Assembly (NCBI GenBank): GCA_964016885.1
Contig: OZ024753.1
Location: 12,710,001 to 12,774,000 of the forward strand
DNA: 64,000 nt
DNA from: Eledone cirrhosa
Taxonomy: Eukaryota
Direction of reading: 5' to 3'
In this document: positions 18,842 through 32,701 of the stretch, piece after piece
Layout: every line of letters starts with the position of its first letter
Numbering within the stretch: position 1 is the stretch's first letter
Translations under genes and position numbers: made by a program
The notes under the pieces: generated by a model
The model's input: the letters and a program-made list of their open reading frames with translations, nothing else
Databases searched by the model: none
Told to the model about the DNA's origin: nothing

Positions 18842-21800
18842 GATAGCAACTAACAGTGCTGCGATCGAATGTGGCTTTTTAGCCCAGCCAATGATCCAAA
18901 ATGTCTTGCACAGAGTCGGCAACCAAAACATTTACTGGGAATAGTCGGCTGTGGTTGGAGTTCGTGTACTTTTGCATGTCGCTTGAGTCCTCCTGCTGAT
19001 TTACATTCTCTACCACATGTTTGGCAAGCATGATGAGTAGCATCTCCAACAGCAGCCTGGTAGTCAACCACTGGTCTTACTTTATGACTGCGAAGATGAC
19101 TTTCGAGTCCAGCTTTGCTTAGGCAGAGTCTCGCACAGACGCTGCATGTCAGAAACATAGGAGGACCCTCGCCGTCTGGAAGTGCAACAGCAATACCCTT
19201 CCTCACGTCCCGCTTTACTTTCTCGTGTGCGATTCGAGATGCCTCAAAGGCAACTTTTCCCTCATATACAGTCTTTCTCCATTTATTACGATCAGCAGCA
19301 ATATTTTCCCATGTATCAGCAGAGATGTTAGCGTCTTTCAGAGAGGCCTTCAAGGAATCCTTATACCTCTTTTTTGGTTTATGTGGCGGTCGTTTTCCTT
19401 TAACCAACTCTCCATAGAAGAGTTGTTTTGGTATTCTAGAATCCTTCATCCTGGCAAGGTGACCACTCCAACGGAGTCGCTGCTTAAGCACAAGAGCTTC
19501 TATACTGTCACACATAGAGCTTTCCAAAATCTCGACATCACTGATGTGGTCCCTCCAGCGAACGCCATGTATCCGTCTGAGACACATCTGATGGAAACGC
19601 TCCAATTGCTTAAGGTGGCGTCGATATGTGACCCAGGTCTCGCAGGCATAAAGAAGACAAGAGAGTACACATGCCCTGTACACCTTTACCTTTGTCCTCC
19701 TGCATATGTCTCGCCGACCCCAGAGTCGCCTTTCTAGCTTTCCGAAAGCATCACTTGCTTTCCTAATCCTAAGTGAGATTTCACCGTCAAGGTTGCCGTA
19801 TCGATTGACAGTGCTTCCCAGGTAGACAAACTGATCAACCACTCCAAGTCGTTTGCCATACACATAGATGTTTGGTTCAGTGTACTGCCTACCAGGTGCA
19901 GGTTGGTACATGACGACGGTTTTCTTGAGACTGACAGTCAAACCCAGGGCAGTGCAAGCGTCAGAAAATACATTCAAAATGTGCTGCATATCACTCTCTG
20001 TGTGCGCTACAAGATCGCAATCATCTGCATACAAGAGGTCTCTTATGACTGATGTAAATACTTTTGTCTTCGCAGCAAAGCGCCTGATGTTAAATATGCT
20101 GCCTGAGGTTCGATATCGGATGTAAACACCATGCTCGCAATTCCTGAATGCAATACAGAAAACCATTGCAAAGTATATGGCAAACAGGGTCGGTGCTGGA
20201 ATATCCCCCTGTTTCACTCCATTTTTTACTGAGATAGGCTCCGACATGTTACCTCCGACATTAACCCAAGCCTTCATGTCGTCATGGAAAGACCTAACTA
20301 AAGCAAGGAACTTATCAGGGCAACCAAGTTTCTGGAGAACCTTCCATAATGCATCTCTGTTGACAGTATCGAAAGCCTTTGTCAGATCGACAAAAACCTG
20401 ATACAGATCCAAGCCCTGTTCAATGCACTTCTCCTGGAGCTGTCTAGCTGAGAAGATCATATCAGTAGTGCCGCGTCCAACACGAAAACCAGATTGACTT
20501 TCAGGAAGGACACAATCTGCAATGTGTGTCAGCAGACGGTCCAGAAGCACCCTACATAAAACTTTCCCCACGACAGAAAGCAATGATATACCTCTGTAGT
20601 TCCCACAATCATTCCTGTTACCCTTTCCCTTGTACAAGACCACCATTACTGCATCTCTCCAGTCCTCAGGCACGGATTCATTAGCCCATATCCTTCCAAA
20701 CAGAGAGTGAAGATGTTGCAGGAGTCTCTCACCACCATATTGTAGGAGCTCAGCATGTATGCCATCCATACCTGGAGATCTTCCACTGTTCAGCTTCGAA
20801 ATAGCCACTGCAACCTCCACAAGTGTCGGAGGCTCTGCGAGAGCTACTTTCACAGGACTTTCCGGAATGAGATTGAGGAAATCTTCACTGACGACAGACG
20901 GCTGATTCAAAAGATCATCAAAGTGCTCCCGCCACCTTCGTAGAATTCCCTGTGAGTCACGAAGAAGTTCTTTGCCATCCTTGCTGCGAATCGGTGTCAC
21001 CAGAGAAGAAGACGGTCCATAAACCTCACGCAAGAGACTGTACAACAGCTTTGTGTTATTGCAATCAGACGCAGTTTGTATCTCACCAGCCTTCTCACTC
21101 CACCACTGATCCTTCATCTGAGAAAGACTCCGCCTAACACGTGATTTTACATCCCTGAGCTCCTCATGCAACGTATTCCTCTCCTGTGGCCTTGCCGTCA
21201 AGTAGCGTGACAGAGCGCGCCTCTTATCAGCCAACAAGTCATCTATATGCACATCTTTCTCATTAAACCAGTCCTGATGTTTTCTCTGCACCAATCCCAG
21301 AACACGTCTGCCTACATCATAAACCGACTTTTTAAGGGTCGGCCAATCCTCACCAAGATCTGCAGCCTGCATCTCTTCTTCCAATGTCCTCTTCACATTT
21401 TTATCCTTAAGACGAGCAGCATTCAATCTTTTGGGCAGGGTAACACCAGGAGCCCGGATTTTACGTTTGGTGATTAGATTCACTTTTGCGCGTACCAGGC
21501 GGTGGTCCGTCCAGCACTCAGCTCCACGAAGAACACGAACACACCGCACATCCTGTCTGTCACGCATCCTGACTAGGACGTAGTCCAAAAGATGCCATTC
21601 CTTAGATGCAGGATGCATCCATGTGGTCTTGAATTTGTTCTTTTGTTGGAACATGGTGTTGGTAACACACAGATCCAGCTCCTCACACATCTGCAGCAAG
21701 AGCATACCATTGCTGTTACACTTTCCCACCCCATGCCTTCCGATTACATTCCATGTGTTAAAATCCCTACCCACTCTAGCATTAAAGTCACCAAGCACGA

Positions 21801-22404
21801 TGACTTTGTCTGCCTGAGGGATATTTCTTAAAACACCTTTCAAGGCATGGTAAAAGGACAGTTTTTCTTCATCGACAGAATTCATAGTTGGAGCATACAC
21901 ACTCACCAGGGTAGCATATCTTCCCTTGTCCAGCGGAACTCTCATGGACATAAGACGCTCACTAATCCCCACTGGGAATTCTTCCAATTTATTCACCAGT
22001 ACAGTCTTAACAGCAAATCCTACCCCAGCCTCTCTTCTGGTTCCTTCATCTCTTCCTTTCCAGAAGAATGTATATTCTCCACAAAATTCCGTAAGATGAC
22101 CATCTCCAGCTAACCTCGTCTCAGACAAAGCCACGATGTCAAGATCGTAACGTCGAAGCTCCTTCGCAACAAGAGCGGTCCTTCGTTCAGGACGCTCCAA
22201 AGAATCCCTGTCAAGCAGCGTCCGTACGTTCCAGCAGCCAAGACTAAATGCCCTGTTTGGCTCTATTACAATGGCACGATGACGGGCGGGCCCAGGTTGT
22301 GATAACTTGGGGCCCCTGCCCTTATTGCCAATGATCCTTTTTGTTCCAGAACCCAAATTGGCAATTATCTCGTTTACATTGTTCTGGAACATCATTGAAT
22401 TTGG
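18587..22404 (-). mobile_element. RTE LINE copy including a microsatellite-filled 3' UTR and terminal stem-loop
   Basis: The ORF is followed by (TG)n, (TTA)n and poly-T, then tggccatactcgataacgagggggcagccatc (ctcg/cgag hairpin) abutting (TA)n. Both flanks are TA arrays. Confidence 0.8.
18850..22395 (-). CDS. RTE-clade non-LTR retrotransposon ORF: APE endonuclease + reverse transcriptase + three C-terminal C2H2 zinc fingers (~1181 aa), uninterrupted
   Basis: APE motifs [42 protein letters not shown] motifs [38 protein letters not shown]. Three CxxC..HxxxH fingers at the C-terminus. The track ORF extends to 22629 only through (TA)n; the first plausible ATG is at 22395. Confidence 0.95.
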   Translation of the reverse strand: MMFQNNVNEIIANLGSGTKRIIGNKGRGPKLSQPGPARHRAIVIEPNRAFSLGCWNVRTLLDRDSLERPERRTALVAKELRRYDLDIVALSETRLAGDGHLTEFCGEYTFFWKGRDEGTRREAGVGFAVKTVLVNKLEEFPVGISERLMSMRVPLDKGRYATLVSVYAPTMNSVDEEKLSFYHALKGVLRNIPQADKVIVLGDFNARVGRDFNTWNVIGRHGVGKCNSNGMLLLQMCEELDLCVTNTMFQQKNKFKTTWMHPASKEWHLLDYVLVRMRDRQDVRCVRVLRGAECWTDHRLVRAKVNLITKRKIRAPGVTLPKRLNAARLKDKNVKRTLEEEMQAADLGEDWPTLKKSVYDVGRRVLGLVQRKHQDWFNEKDVHIDDLLADKRRALSRYLTARPQERNTLHEELRDVKSRVRRSLSQMKDQWWSEKAGEIQTASDCNNTKLLYSLLREVYGPSSSLVTPIRSKDGKELLRDSQGILRRWREHFDDLLNQPSVVSEDFLNLIPESPVKVALAEPPTLVEVAVAISKLNSGRSPGMDGIHAELLQYGGERLLQHLHSLFGRIWANESVPEDWRDAVMVVLYKGKGNRNDCGNYRGISLLSVVGKVLCRVLLDRLLTHIADCVLPESQSGFRVGRGTTDMIFSARQLQEKCIEQGLDLYQVFVDLTKAFDTVNRDALWKVLQKLGCPDKFLALVRSFHDDMKAWVNVGGNMSEPISVKNGVKQGDIPAPTLFAIYFAMVFCIAFRNCEHGVYIRYRTSGSIFNIRRFAAKTKVFTSVIRDLLYADDCDLVAHTESDMQHILNVFSDACTALGLTVSLKKTVVMYQPAPGRQYTEPNIYVYGKRLGVVDQFVYLGSTVNRYGNLDGEISLRIRKASDAFGKLERRLWGRRDICRRTKVKVYRACVLSCLLYACETWVTYRRHLKQLERFHQMCLRRIHGVRWRDHISDVEILESSMCDSIEALVLKQRLRWSGHLARMKDSRIPKQLFYGELVKGKRPPHKPKKRYKDSLKASLKDANISADTWENIAADRNKWRKTVYEGKVAFEASRIAHEKVKRDVRKGIAVALPDGEGPPMFLTCSVCARLCLSKAGLESHLRSHKVRPVVDYQAAVGDATHHACQTCGRECKSAGGLKRHAKVHELQPQPTIPSKCFGCRLCARHFGSLAGLKSHIRSQHC

Positions 22405-22470
22405 AAAAAAAAAAAAAAAAAAAATATATATATGTATATATATACACATATATATATACATATATACATG

Positions 22471-22526
<56 letters not shown>

Positions 22527-22536
22527 CATATACACA

Positions 22537-22651
<115 letters not shown>

Positions 22652-22759
22652 TTATGAATATATAAATATATATAAATATGTATATAAATATATATATATA
22701 TATTTATCCACTAAGGAAAAGCGAAGTAGTTTCAGATGTTCAAGTCCTTTAATAATAAT

Positions 22760-22833
22760 GCTGTGATATATATTTCAATGACGACACTGCCCACACTGTT
22801 CTGTGTGAGAGTGTCGCGACATCATCAGACAGC
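22760..22833 (-). ncRNA. Type-I hammerhead ribozyme
   Basis: gctgt-CTGATGA-[cgacact ctcacac..gtgtggg c agtgtcg]-GAAA-tatata-TC-acagc. Confidence 0.8.
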
Positions 22834-23445
22834 TTGTTACCTAATAAGGTTATGTTTCCGAGGCAATCCAAACTGAATCGACATGGGAACGGATGAAGTG
22901 TGTGCTTTTGGGTTCTTCATCCGTTCCCCTGAGAGTACCAATTCACTCACAGGGGAACGGATGAAGAACCCAAAAGTTGTGATGTCACATTTACATGATC
23001 GTATGCACAAGTATTATTTTCACAAAATGTTCTGCAGCAAATATATTCACAAAATTCATCTACTTATATTCTATATATTTTTTATCTTTTCAAAGTACAT
23101 CTCTTAATTTCTCCCAAGCTACCGCATCAGTCATCTCATCGTTACTACAGCTACTAAACGAAATATTTTTTTTGTATAACCTAGAAAGAGAGTAATGCAG
23201 GAAAATATAGATTTTATCAACTGCGATATTGACAATTATCATACACTGTACTATAAAAAATATTGAACACAGGCAATAATCATTTTATGGGTAATAAAAT
23301 TTATTCTTATTGTCCACAAGAGGCCAATTGCTGCTAACAGAACGAAGATGAAATCCTTAGGGGGAAAACAATAAACGAATGTAGAGTGGAATGATAGCAC
23401 ACACTGCTGGACTTGGGTCTAACATAATACTTTGCCACATAGAAT

Positions 23446-23929
23446 TACACGTTCTGTGTTCAGATCCCGCGGAGATGAGCTTTACCTTTCATCCTCGATG
23501 AAATGAAGTAACAGTAATGCACTGGGGCCGAATTAATCGACACCCCCTCCCCCACTGGAAAGTATGTTCACATGAATATCAAGCCGCTAGCCGCAGCCTC
23601 AGATATAAAGGACGTATTTGAGGTTGTTTCTGTTGCCAGCAAGCATGCATTTTGAAGTGTTCCATAAAAAGGGGGCTGGACTAATCTTCTTTAACCATCC
23701 TTGGAAACTCTTTGAGATAGTACCTCGTGCTCCTATGACAATCCTTTTAAACTTATTAATCTTATTATTACCCTTACGTTTGTGAGTTCAAATCCCGCCG
23801 AGATGAGTTTTACCTTTCATTCTTACGGGGTCTATAAAATAAAGTACCAGTAATGCACTGGGTCGATGTAATCGATTTTCCCTTCCCCCAAATCACTGGC
23901 CTTGTACCTATACTCGAAACAATTATTAT
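23446..23929 (+). mobile_element. Two further SINE copies (~23446-23545 degenerate, ~23771-23929)
   Basis: Consensus matches. Confidence 0.7.
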
Positions 23930-23933
23930 ATAA

Positions 23934-24150
23934 AGGCGGTGTATTGGTAGTGTCGGTGGAGCACCGGACGCCATGCTCTGAGGTTTAGTTACGGCCCTTT
24001 ACATTCTGAATTCAAATCTCGCCGAGGTTAACTTTCCCTTTCATTGATACGTGGTCGATAAAATAAAATACAAGTCACACTCTGGCGTAGATTTAATCGG
24101 CTTTTCCTCACCTCAAATTGCTGGCCTTGTTCCTAAAATCAGAAACCATT
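23934..24150 (+). mobile_element. Abundant SINE family, full-length-like copy
   Basis: Family consensus ..gagttcaaatcccgccgaggttaactttgcctttcatccttacggggtcgataaaataaagtaccag..gctggccttgtgcc..agaaacaattat, with B-box-like gttcaaatc. About 15 copies occur in this window. Confidence 0.8.
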
Positions 24151-24373
24151 ATAATATTTAGTCTGTAATGTCTCGACACGTGTTACACATTCCAGAGTAA
24201 GTTTCTTCATAATTTACATTGTTATACAACATTTGTTTTTTGTTGGACATTTGATATTAATTTGTGTTTAAATGTATCGAGATACCAGTGACTAGGTTGT
24301 CTTTTCTCTATCTGTGGCCGTTAAGGGGTAAAACTCTGTTTATTTTACAAACACACATCTAAACTTTATAATG

Positions 24374-24433
<60 letters not shown>

Positions 24434-24694
24434 GCCGGACGAAAAAAAATCATTCTTCCGCAGAAGATGACAGGCGGCTCTCCAGACAAAGGAACACCCA
24501 AAGTTCAACTAGTTTAGAAGACAAGCACAACAACAACAACAGCATAAAAAGCATCAACAGCAAAATAACAATTAGAACATAGTAGGGAAAAAGTAATAAA
24601 AATTATTAAATTAATTTCTCTCAATTGAAAATTTTGAAGCGAGCTCTTCAATCACCAAAACTACATCAAAGAGTACAAATGAATTCAAGAAAAA

Positions 24695-25030
24695 AATAGT
24701 ACCAGCACCACCACCACTCGTACCAGCAGCAACACCACCAACACCACAAACGGCACTATCAGCACCACCTACAATACCACCAGCAGCACCACCGGCACCA
24801 CCATCACCAGCACAATCACCACCAGCACCAACAACAACTCTACCAGCACAAGCAACAAGAAGGGAACCACCACCATCACCACCAGCACCAGTAACGACAA
24901 CACCACTACCACCATCTCCACCACCAATACCACCATCACCAACAACAACAACACCACTAACACCACCACCAGTAACAAGAACAACATCAATAAAAGAAAT
25001 AACAACAACAACGACGGCAACAATAATGCA
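24695..25030. repeat. Degenerate (CCA/CAA/CAG)n trinucleotide tract
   Basis: Low-complexity tract producing Gly/Val-rich pseudo-ORFs. Confidence 0.85.
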
Positions 25031-25297
25031 AAAACACATTTTTACTGACATCGCAATTGCGAGAAATATATTTCCACTTGTGCTGGAATAAGGGTCTCAA
25101 CATTGCAATAGTAGTTTTTAGTTAGTTACAGCTGTAACTAACTAAAAGCATTCAGTAAAATAAAATTTAACCAATGTAATAGAAAATATAGCAATAACAA
25201 TACACATTTGAACAGTACAGAAACAATCATCGCATTACATCCACCATAAACTCGTAATTTTAATACACAAACACATTTGCCTGCTTGAGATGCTTGT

Positions 25298-25401
25298 CGC
25301 CGAGGTTAACTTTGCCTTTCATCCTTACGGGGTCGATTAAATAAAGTACCAGTAATGCACTGCGTAATTACTGGCCTTGTGCCTAAAGTAGAAACAGTTA
25401 T
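25298..25401 (+). mobile_element. Same SINE family, 3' part
   Basis: Consensus match. Confidence 0.8.
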
Positions 25402-25812
25402 TTTATGTGATACCATGCCATACAGTAATTATATATGCCTAGTACCATTGCTTGTCTCCTTCCTATATATGCCTAACGCATTTTCATACAACACTTGCAT
25501 ATGTACTGCTGGTGTCCTCGTTTTACGAGTAACATTTCTCCTTAATGCCTCTTTAATTATTATAAGAAGGCAAAGAAGAAGAAGAAGAAGAAGAAAAAAA
25601 AGAAGAAGGCAAAGAAGAAGAAGACATATATTCTTTCAAGAAATTATTTGAAGTATTACAATATTTCAACAATTCCATCTCTTAGATTTTTTCATTTGAA
25701 ATTATTTTACATTTGATAATATTTCTTCTTAACGTTGTAAACTTAATAAAATACAACAATAAATTAAGAGAAGTCTGTTTAGTTTTTCACTGAAGATCGT
25801 ACGTAATGTTTA

Positions 25813-25996
25813 TAATTGTTTCTACTTTAGGCACAAGGCCAGCAATTACGCAGTGCATTACTGGTACTTTGTTTTATCGACCCCGTAAGGATGAAAGGCA
25901 AAGTAAATCTCGGCGGGATTTGCACTCAGATCGTAAAGGGACGTAACTCTTCTGGAAAGCATGGCGTCCGACCCTCTACCGATACTGCCAATCCAC
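25813..25996 (-). mobile_element. Same SINE family, near-full copy
   Basis: Reverse-complement match to the consensus. Confidence 0.8.
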
Positions 25997-26155
25997 GACA
26001 CATAGTAGGAATTGGAGATCAACATCAACTTTATATATTTAAATGCATGTATATACTGAAACACGTACACACACGCACACATACAAAAACACATATATAT
26101 ATTTAAACGCATGTACACACACTGAAACACACATGCACACAGACGTACACACACG

Positions 26156-26192
<37 letters not shown>

Positions 26193-26398
26193 CTAGGAAA
26201 AAGTATGATCCCGACGGCAGAGCTCAAGCCGTTTCGACGGCTATTTCAGAAATAGCCATCGAAACGGCTTGAGCTCTGCCGTCGGGGGTCATACTTTTTC
26301 CTATTTTCCACTCTACTACCATAAGTATTGAGTACTCTGGTGCGTTAGGTCCATCTGGTTCCTTACCACAATTCGTTTGTTATCTCTCTCTCTCTATA

Positions 26399-26453
<55 letters not shown>

Positions 26454-27406
26454 GAGAAGAGTGACTACTGCGTGGCTGCACATGGGTTACATATGATAAA
26501 AATAGTCCCTCATCAGTGATTTTCCAACCTTCATTGGTATTTCATCGCTTTAAAAATCATATACCTCCAGTTGGTGTGAGCAATAGCTAAATAAACTATT
26601 GGGACAAGTAAATCACGTAAAGCGAGCGTGATAAGTAAACAAACATAGAAGGATAGCAACGCAAAGATAGGAAAAAACAAGCAGTTGGGAGTCCGTTAAA
26701 GATTAAGCTGTGTGGATTTCATGAGCGAGAGACAGCAGACCGTTCGACGCGAGTGAGGTGTGAACAAGAAAGGACCCCACTTCAGGCCAAACGGGAGGAA
26801 GTGAGAAGGAGAGAAGCAGAGAGTGAGTGAGTGGAAGTGCGAGGAAGAGGCCAGTCGAGAGAAAGTGTAACTGACAGAGGGGGCGAAAGAAGGTGAGAGA
26901 AATAGAGAGAGCGGGGAAGCAGTAAGAGAGAAACAGACAAACGCAGCTGGGTAAAATATATATTAAAAACATGAGAAGAATGAATACTGCGTCGTTGCAC
27001 ATGGGTTACATATGATTAAAAAAAAGTCCTTCATCAGTGATTTTCCAACCTTCATTGGTATTTCATCGCTTTAAAAATCATATACCTCCAGTTGGTGCGA
27101 GCAATAGCTAAATAAAGCTATTGGGACAAGTAAATCGCGTAAAGCGAGCGAGACAAGTATACAAACATAGAAGATATATGCATATATATATATATATATA
27201 TATATATGGATACTTATATATATATGTGTGTGTGTATACATATATATATCTGTATATATGTGTATACATACGTATATGTCTATATCTATATACCTATATA
27301 TATATATATATATGTGTATACATATGTATATAACTATATATTTATGTGTATACATACTTATATATATATATGTGTGTGTGTATACATATGTATATATCTA
27401 TATATT

Positions 27407-27449
<43 letters not shown>

Positions 27450-27906
27450 GGGTGTGTATGATTGTGTATAGAAGATTATATTAATAAAAGGAATTCCAAC
27501 TGTGTCTGATTAACTCGTTTTATTTACAATCCTTTAACAGTATAATGATGTAATAATGAAATAGTATGGTAGAATATTAAATGTTAAATGATAATTGAAC
27601 AAGTAGTTTCATGCTTTCGCAATCTTCAAGTTCATATTCAGTGGTGACAGTCAAGTTGGGAATAATTGCAAACTTGACTGTCACCACTGAATATGAACCT
27701 GAATATTGCGAAAGCATGAGCATGAAGGTACTTGTTCATTTAACATTTAATATTCTACCATTTCATTATTATATCAATATACTGTTAAAGGGGTGTAAAT
27801 AAAACGAGTAAATCAAACAAAGTTGGAATTCCTTTTATTAATATATATATATATATGGCGTAGGATAGAAGAAAGGAAAGGCACAGAAACGAAAAAAGGA
27901 ATCCCC

Positions 27907-27951
27907 AGTCACTGAAGAGGTCACATAGTGTGTGACGAAAGGACTATGACT
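27907..27951 (+). ncRNA. Minimal type-I hammerhead ribozyme
   Basis: agtca-CTGAAGA-g-gtcaca tagtg tgtgac-GAAA-ggac-TA-tgact. Confidence 0.8.
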
Positions 27952-28119
27952 ATATATATAAACAACTATCTGGTTGTGGAACCAACCAACCAACCAGAAA
28001 TTTATAGGTTTGTAAATTTGTAAATTTGTAAATTTATAGGTTTATAAATATATAATAAATTGAAGTGAAAGCAACTGGTGCGTGTGTTTCTTATTGGCAA
28101 CATGACCCTCCCAAAGTAT

Positions 28120-28166
<47 letters not shown>

Positions 28167-28318
28167 CAAATGGAAACTACATTTATAAAACCATATTTAT
28201 TTCAGGGATATCATATTAAAAATATGTTACTACCATAACAACTTTTTAAATGGAAGTTGTAAAATTTTAAGGTATGTCAAATTTATTTATAAAACTGTAT
28301 AAAACTGTTTATATATTG

Positions 28319-28384
28319 TATTTTGTCTGAAGAGGGCATACCATATTTTTAATATGATATCCCTGAAATATATATAATGAAATA
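28319..28384 (+). ncRNA. Type-I hammerhead ribozyme
   Basis: tattttgt-CTGAAGA-gggcatacc..atatccct-GAAA-tatata-TA-atgaaata. Confidence 0.7.
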
Positions 28385-28511
28385 AATATGGTTTTATATA
28401 TGTAGTTTCCATTTGTTTAATATCGTAAAATACTCCAAAACTTGTTGAGTGCTTTTATATCAGTTATAAAATATTTACGCCTTGTAACCCAACAATTTTA
28501 AATAAAACTTT

Positions 28512-28546
<35 letters not shown>

Positions 28547-28805
28547 GGTCCATCGAGCCGCCGATTTTTGAGTCTGGTAGGATTGATACAGATCGAACCT
28601 TGAGCTGATCAGTGGCGAAACGCGCGTCACCTAACAATAAATGCAATGAAGGAGTAACCAATCGTCCTTGTTATCCTTTCAATATATTACACTCTGTATA
28701 GCTCTACACCTCATCACAGAAGTGAACCTAAACATCGAGTGCTCTCCCGGGTGAACCTGCAGTAACTCCAAGTTACACTCCCTGGATATATATATATATA
28801 TATAT

Positions 28806-29040
28806 CTAAGGCGGGTAAAATTCCCGAGATCCATGGACGAGTTCTCTCCAGCGGTCTCTGTCCCTCATTATCGCTGCCATATCCCGCATCTCCAACAGAC
28901 CAGTGTCTGTCCTTAGGGCATCAACATATGTTAACCTTGGTCTTCCTCTTCTAGTGTGTCCATGTAGGGGCTCCCAAAGGAGCACTGAGTGCAATGTCAA
29001 CTCTGGATGTCGGTGAGCATGTCCAGCCAACCTCAGTCTC

Positions 29041-29045
<5 letters not shown>
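28806..29045 (-). mobile_element. RTE LINE 3' fragment
   Basis: [40 protein letters not shown], flanked by (TA)n. Confidence 0.8.
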
Positions 29046-29095
<50 letters not shown>

Positions 29096-29622
29096 TCTCT
29101 CTCCCCCTCTCTCTCTATCTTTATATGCATATATATATATATATAGAGAGAGAGATATATACATATACACATATGTGCGTATAGGTGTCAGTGTGTTTAT
29201 GTATGAATGTATATATACATATATATATATATAAACGTCTGTATATGTATAATAAAGCCATAACAATGCAGGTATGGACATAGAATAAAGAATGCAAATG
29301 CAAAAGATATTGTTGACAATTAGTCTTTTAGCTTAGATTTATTTAAATGTCCTTAATTTTCGAGATAATATCTCTTCCTCCTATATATATATATATGTGT
29401 GTGTGTATACATATGTCATATCTAAATATATGTATATACATATGTATATATCTATATATATATATATGAATACATATATATATGTATATATATGAATATA
29501 TATATATTTACGTATATATATATATGTGTGTGTATGCATATATATATATATATCTATATATCTCTATATATATATGTATATATATGTAAGTATGTATATA
29601 TAGATATATATATATATGTAAG

Positions 29623-29653
<31 letters not shown>

Positions 29654-29656
29654 GTT

Positions 29657-29698
<42 letters not shown>

Positions 29699-29907
29699 CA
29701 CATATGTGCGTATAGGTGTGAGTGTGTTTATGTCATAAGTGTGTATGTATATATATGTATGTATCCATATAGACATAGATATACAAAAGTGTATGAGTTA
29801 TGTATATGTCTAGTGTGTAACAGTATGTGTATGTGTGTGTGCTTATTTGTTTTTACAAGAAACCCTTTCTCGGTGCAGCAGTTTTTTTATTGTAAAAAGA
29901 ATGATTT

Positions 29908-29962
<55 letters not shown>

Positions 29963-31022
29963 TATGTGTGTATAACAAAATACATGAGGAATTGTACGGC
30001 CCTATCTGAATTGATCTGGAGCTCAAACCTGAAAAGACCCCGCACTCTCTGGTCTGGTCCGTGGTTTGACAGGTTCCCCGAGACAGAGGCGGGTCTGGTA
30101 TTTGTAACCTCTGTCTTAGTGACACACTCGAGATACTGCATGGCGGAACCAAGCTATTAAACAGAAGGACCGACTTATTCGGTGCCTGCAGACACCTAAA
30201 GACGGGAACTTTCCTCAAGCTATATGGATAAACCCCGGTTAAGGCCTCCCGCAACGCCCCATCCTCAGTAGGTCCCCCACTCCCCGTACCAATGGACAAC
30301 AACAACCACCCATAGTTGGTGGTCCCTATGGTGGATGGTCCACCAGATCCTCTACTGTTTTATTGAACCTGATTTTATATATATATATATATATATTTTA
30401 TATATATATACTTGTGCGTATATATATATATATATATATACACACCTGTATGGATTTGTGTGTGTAGATGTGTGTGTGTCTGATGGGGTAGGTGTGAGTG
30501 TATGTACAAGTCAACCAACATAAGCCTTTTATTTCTAAATTTTCTAAATTATCTAAGTATTTGACTCATTATTTTAAGTATTACCACCCCACATTAATTC
30601 CTCAATTTGTATGTGTGTATGTGTGTGTGTGTCTGTGGAGGTGGGTGTGAGTGTTGTAAATGTTCTACTCTAACCATAATTTTCAGTAGCACCATTCCAC
30701 ACAAATTCCTCAATTTAGAAATGACGTGTAATATCCATTTCATACTATAAACCTCAATTGAGTATATATCTGACCAGGAATGCTTTTTGTGAAAATCAGT
30801 CATATGGAACAATTGTCATCTTGCCTGACGGTTTGAACTTTACAACACCACCTGCCCCTGAGGTCAAATACCAACCCTACTAGCATCTACAAACTGACCA
30901 ATGAGAATTAAGACTATTCCTGCTGACAACATTAAATTATTCCTAACAAGCTCATATGTCACAATGCTCTGATACCATCAACACTATAAACACAGAGCTG
31001 GCATATCTAAGAACTGACTAAC

Positions 31023-31074
31023 TGCCTGATGAGGTCATAGCCATTCAATGGCTATCATCGAAATATATATAGTA
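31023..31074 (+). ncRNA. Hammerhead motif with a weak stem I
   Basis: CTGATGA-ggtc atagccat tca atggctat catc-GAAA-tatata-TA-gtaaataaa. Confidence 0.6.
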
Positions 31075-31288
31075 AATAAAGGATTAGGAGTTCATGCAAT
31101 TGACTTATGTTTTCGTCACTATATATCATATATATATTTTATTTTTCATTATACTTAATTGCAACAACAGCTCGCCATTTTATTCATATATATATATATG
31201 AATAAAATATATAAAATATATATATATATACATGTGAGAAAAAAAAAATATATGTTAGAAAAACCACAGACACTCCATCTCAACTCTA

Positions 31289-31324
31289 CTTTTGAAGAGC
31301 AGAAGAACTGCGAAACCGGTAAAG
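31289..31324 (+). ncRNA. Variant hammerhead with core UUGAAGA
   Basis: ctt-TTGAAGA-gcag aagaa ctgc-GAAA-ccgg-TA-aag; same ~210-bp family as 2210-2420. Confidence 0.55.
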
Positions 31325-31511
31325 GAACCAAATAAATATATATATATTTTTTAAAATAAGACTCCATTTGCTTTTTCGATTTCATCTTTTTTTCTTTATA
31401 CTTTTACTCGTGTTGAACACCTCGATTATTTTTCATTTAATAAAAAGAACCTCACTTTCTAATATATATATACATATATATATTCAAATATGTATGATAT
31501 ATTAATAATAC

Positions 31512-31548
<37 letters not shown>

Positions 31549-31879
31549 AATACATGTATACATATATATATATATACATACACACACAAGCACACACATA
31601 TATATATATATACACACACACACATATATATGTATATATATACACAAACATAAATTAAATCTAAAATCGATATGGAAATTAGAAGAATTTCTCAATTGTA
31701 TTCTTCTAACAAGATACGCATTTTTGATCATGGCACTGATCCACAAAAAAGGCTACTTCTAAAAAGAGTTGAAAGCCATTGAAAATCTCTGACTTTATTC
31801 AAATATCAAATAATTTGAAAAAATTACTCAACGAAGCATTACTTACAACAAAATGTGCTTTTTGATACATTACGGTGTA

Positions 31880-32121
31880 CTAGTAATACTACTACTACTA
31901 CACCTACTACTACTATTGCTCTGCTACTACTACTGCTGCCGCTACTACTTGTACTACTACTACTACTGCTGCTGCTACTTGTATTACTACTACTACTACT
32001 ACTATTGCTGCTGCTACTACAATTACTACTACAACTACCACTATTGCTGCTGCTAATACTATTATTACTACTGCTACTGCTACTTCTAATATTACTACTA
32101 CTACTAATAATAATAATAATA
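31880..32121. repeat. Degenerate (CTA/CTG/TAA)n trinucleotide tract
   Basis: Direct inspection. Confidence 0.9.
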
Positions 32122-32484
32122 TTGGTTTCTGATTGAGGCACAAGGTCAGCAATCTGGGGGATGGGAAAGTGACCCACTGGTATTCTATTTTATCGCCAAC
32201 TCGCCAAAGAAAACCAAAACATTACTAAGTTTAAAATGATATTTATCAGTCATCTTCCAGTCAGGCCATGACATCTGTTTGCTATTAATCTAAAGTGCAA
32301 GATAGTATTTTATTTATTGTTTTCACTGATTCATTCATCATATACACAGGGATAATTCACAATAACTAAAATATATTTTCATTCATAAAAAAATCCATAA
32401 GCATAAAGTCATGTGAGTTGGTCCATGTACTTAGGTCCCGTATTATAGTAGCATGCTGATGCACAGTAAATCAACATAATTTAA

Positions 32485-32685
32485 CTACAGATATCCTTCA
32501 TGGATGAATACATGGGGAAAGGACCAAGCGACGACAGAAAAGGAGATAAATAGATGATATTAAAGAATGGGCAGGAAAGAGTTTGGCGGAAGGTACGGCA
32601 ATGGCAAGAGACAAGAAAAGATTGAGCCTGCTGGTCCATAAGTCCATGACTTCCGACCTTCAAATATGAGGATGGGATGACGCTA
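32485..32685 (+). mobile_element. Degenerate RTE-like LINE 3' fragment
   Basis: Remnant peptide IHG..R..IDDIKEWAGKSLAE.TAMARD. Confidence 0.6.
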
Positions 32686-32701
32686 GGCAAGGCTCAGTAA
32701 A

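Noticed and set aside
24611-25051. Gly/Val-rich 146-aa ORF
   Set aside because: It derives from a degenerate trinucleotide repeat with no domain or splice evidence.
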